A stretch of 64,000 nt of DNA from Octopus sinensis. Its lineage: Eukaryota. The stretch lies in assembly GCF_006345805.1 (NCBI RefSeq), contig NC_042997.1:169136001-169200000 (forward strand), in the 5' to 3' direction. Made by a program: the position numbers and the translations under genes. The notes under the pieces were generated by a model that saw only the letters and a list, made by a program, of their open reading frames with translations, made no database searches and was not told the origin of the DNA. Positions 62,511 to 64,000 of this stretch are shown piece by piece (position 1 is the stretch's first letter; each line of letters begins with the position of its first letter).

Positions 62511-63395
62511 AGCCATGCTACATGGTAGTGAAACATGGGCTGTGACTGCTGAGGATATGCGTAAGCTCGCAAGAAATGAAGCCAGTATGCTCCGATTGAT
62601 GTGTAATGTCAGTGTTCATAATCAACAGAGTGTAAGTACCTTGAGAGAAAAGTTGAACCTAAGAAGCATCAGTTGTGGTGTGCAAGAGAGACGTCTGCGC
62701 TGGTATGGGCATGTGACGAGAATGGGTGAAGATAGTTGTGTGCAAAAGTGCCAATCCCTAGCAGTTGAGGGAACCTGTGGAAGAGGTAGACCCAGGAAAA
62801 CCTGGGACGAGGTAGTGAAGCACGACCTTCGAACTTTAGGTCTCACCAAGGAAATGACTAGAGACCGAGACCTATGGAAGTATGCTGTGCGTGAGAAGAC
62901 CCGGCAAGACCAGTGAGAGCAGTCAAAATCAAACCAAATCAACATCAGTGGAAATTGCAGCTGTGGTTAAGCGAACCATCTGATCGTTTGTCCGTTGCCA
63001 GCCTCGCCTGGCCCCCGTGCCGTTGGCACGTAAAAGCACCATTCGTTTGTGTCCGTTGCCAGCTTCGACTGGCCCCCGTGCCATTGGCATGTAAAAGCAC
63101 CATCCGCTCGTGTCCGTTGCCAGCCTCGCCTGGCCCCCGTGCCGGTAGCACATAAAAGCACCATCCGTTCATGGCCGTTTGCCAGCTTTGTCTGGCACCT
63201 GTGCAGGTGGCATGTAAAAAGCACCCACTACACTCACGGAGTGGTTGGCGTTAGGAAGGGCATCCAGCCGTAGAAACACTGCCAAATCTGACTGGGCCTG
63301 ACGAAGCCTCCCGGCTTCACAGACCCCAGTTAAACCGTCCAACCCATGCTAGCATGGAAAACGGACGCTAAATGATGATGATGATATATATGGCC
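62511..63395 (+). mobile_element. RTE LINE 3' fragment with intact C-terminal ORF and modular 3'UTR
   Basis: ORF 62515-62916 MLHGSETWAVTAEDMRKLARNEASML...RRLRWYGHVTRM...GRGRPRKTW. Four ~61-bp modules; (GAT)n tail. A second short 3' end follows at ~63393-63490. Confidence 0.9.
62975..63222 (+). repeat. Four tandem 61-63-bp units in an RTE 3'UTR
   Basis: Units start at 62975, 63038, 63099 and 63160; each has a GTGCCnnnGGCAC-type hairpin followed by GTAAAAGC. Confidence 0.9.
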
Positions 63396-63490
63396 TGGTG
63401 CAGCCTTCGGGCTCCCCAGACCCCAGTTGAACCGTCCAACCCATGCTAGCATGGAAAGCGGATATTAAATGATGATGATGATGATGATGA

Positions 63491-63527
<37 letters not shown>

Positions 63528-63789
63528 TATGTGTGTGCGTGTGTGTATTTTTGCGTGTCTTTGTTTGTCCCCACAACATCGCTTGACAACTGATGCTGGT
63601 GTGTTTACATCCCCGTTACTTAGCAGTTCGGCAAGAGATATTAATAGAATAAGTACAAGGTTTACAAAGAATAAGTCCTGGGGGCGATTTGCTTGACTAA
63701 AGGCAGTGCTCCAGCATGGCCACAGTCAAATGACTGAAACAAAAAAAAAAAAAAAGAAAAAAAAGTGAGCTCAGTAATTAGCATCCTGA

Positions 63790-64000
63790 TAATCAACTAC
63801 CAGACAGAAATAAGCATAAAAACTGTCCTTCACCCTCCCTACAGTTCAGATTTTGCTATCTGTGAATTTTTATTGTTCCCCAGGCTGAAGAAGAGCTTCA
63901 GTGGGGCAGTCATTTTGAAGAGGAATGAAGTTGTTAAAGGGTCTCAGACATCTTCACTTTGGAAGATTTCTATGGGACTTCATTAAGTGGTTGGAGCAAT
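63790..64000 (+). mobile_element. Mariner transposase C-terminal fragment
   Basis: ORF 63765-63986 contains LHPPYSSDFAICEFLLFPRLKK, a variant of the HPPYSPDLAPCDFFLFPKLK motif. Confidence 0.7.

Noticed and set aside
62975-63222. CRISPR-like repeat/spacer appearance, also at 57982-58171 and 31400-31510
   Set aside because: The intervening sequences are homologous or low-complexity rather than unique spacers. There are no cas genes, the context is eukaryotic, and the units sit in LINE 3'UTRs.

Overview
AT-rich, repeat-dense eukaryotic DNA, most likely an octopus or other coleoid cephalopod. That assignment is inferred from the tRNA-derived SINE families, RTE LINEs with (GAT)n tails and dense (TA)n/(CA)n tracts. 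No prokaryotic genes, CRISPR array or rRNA/tRNA genes were found. The left ~26 kb holds the 5' part of a minus-strand Sec24A/B-type COPII coat gene: four phase-consistent coding exons (11572-12433, 7650-7772, 4186-4284, 3077-3159; 389 codons), probable 5'UTR exons near 24.4 and 25.6 kb, and a CpG-rich promoter. The gene continues off the left edge. A second, unidentified minus-strand spliced gene probably runs from a CpG-rich promoter at ~53 kb to ~33.7 kb. The rest is mostly mobile DNA: a Helitron, mariner/Tc1/pogo relics and MITEs, RTE fragments and several SINE families. The best leads are (1) a CPEB3-like HDV-type ribozyme fold starting exactly at the 5' boundary of a short RTE-like element (47017-47196); (2) a near-perfect 93-bp inverted duplication of the putative Sec24 first exon/TSS; (3) long intronic foldbacks that would form dsRNA; (4) a degenerate Penelope-type minimal hammerhead; and (5) a variable-copy ~61-bp hairpin module in RTE 3'UTRs. 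All structures were aligned by eye, and repeat boundaries are approximate unless termini are stated.
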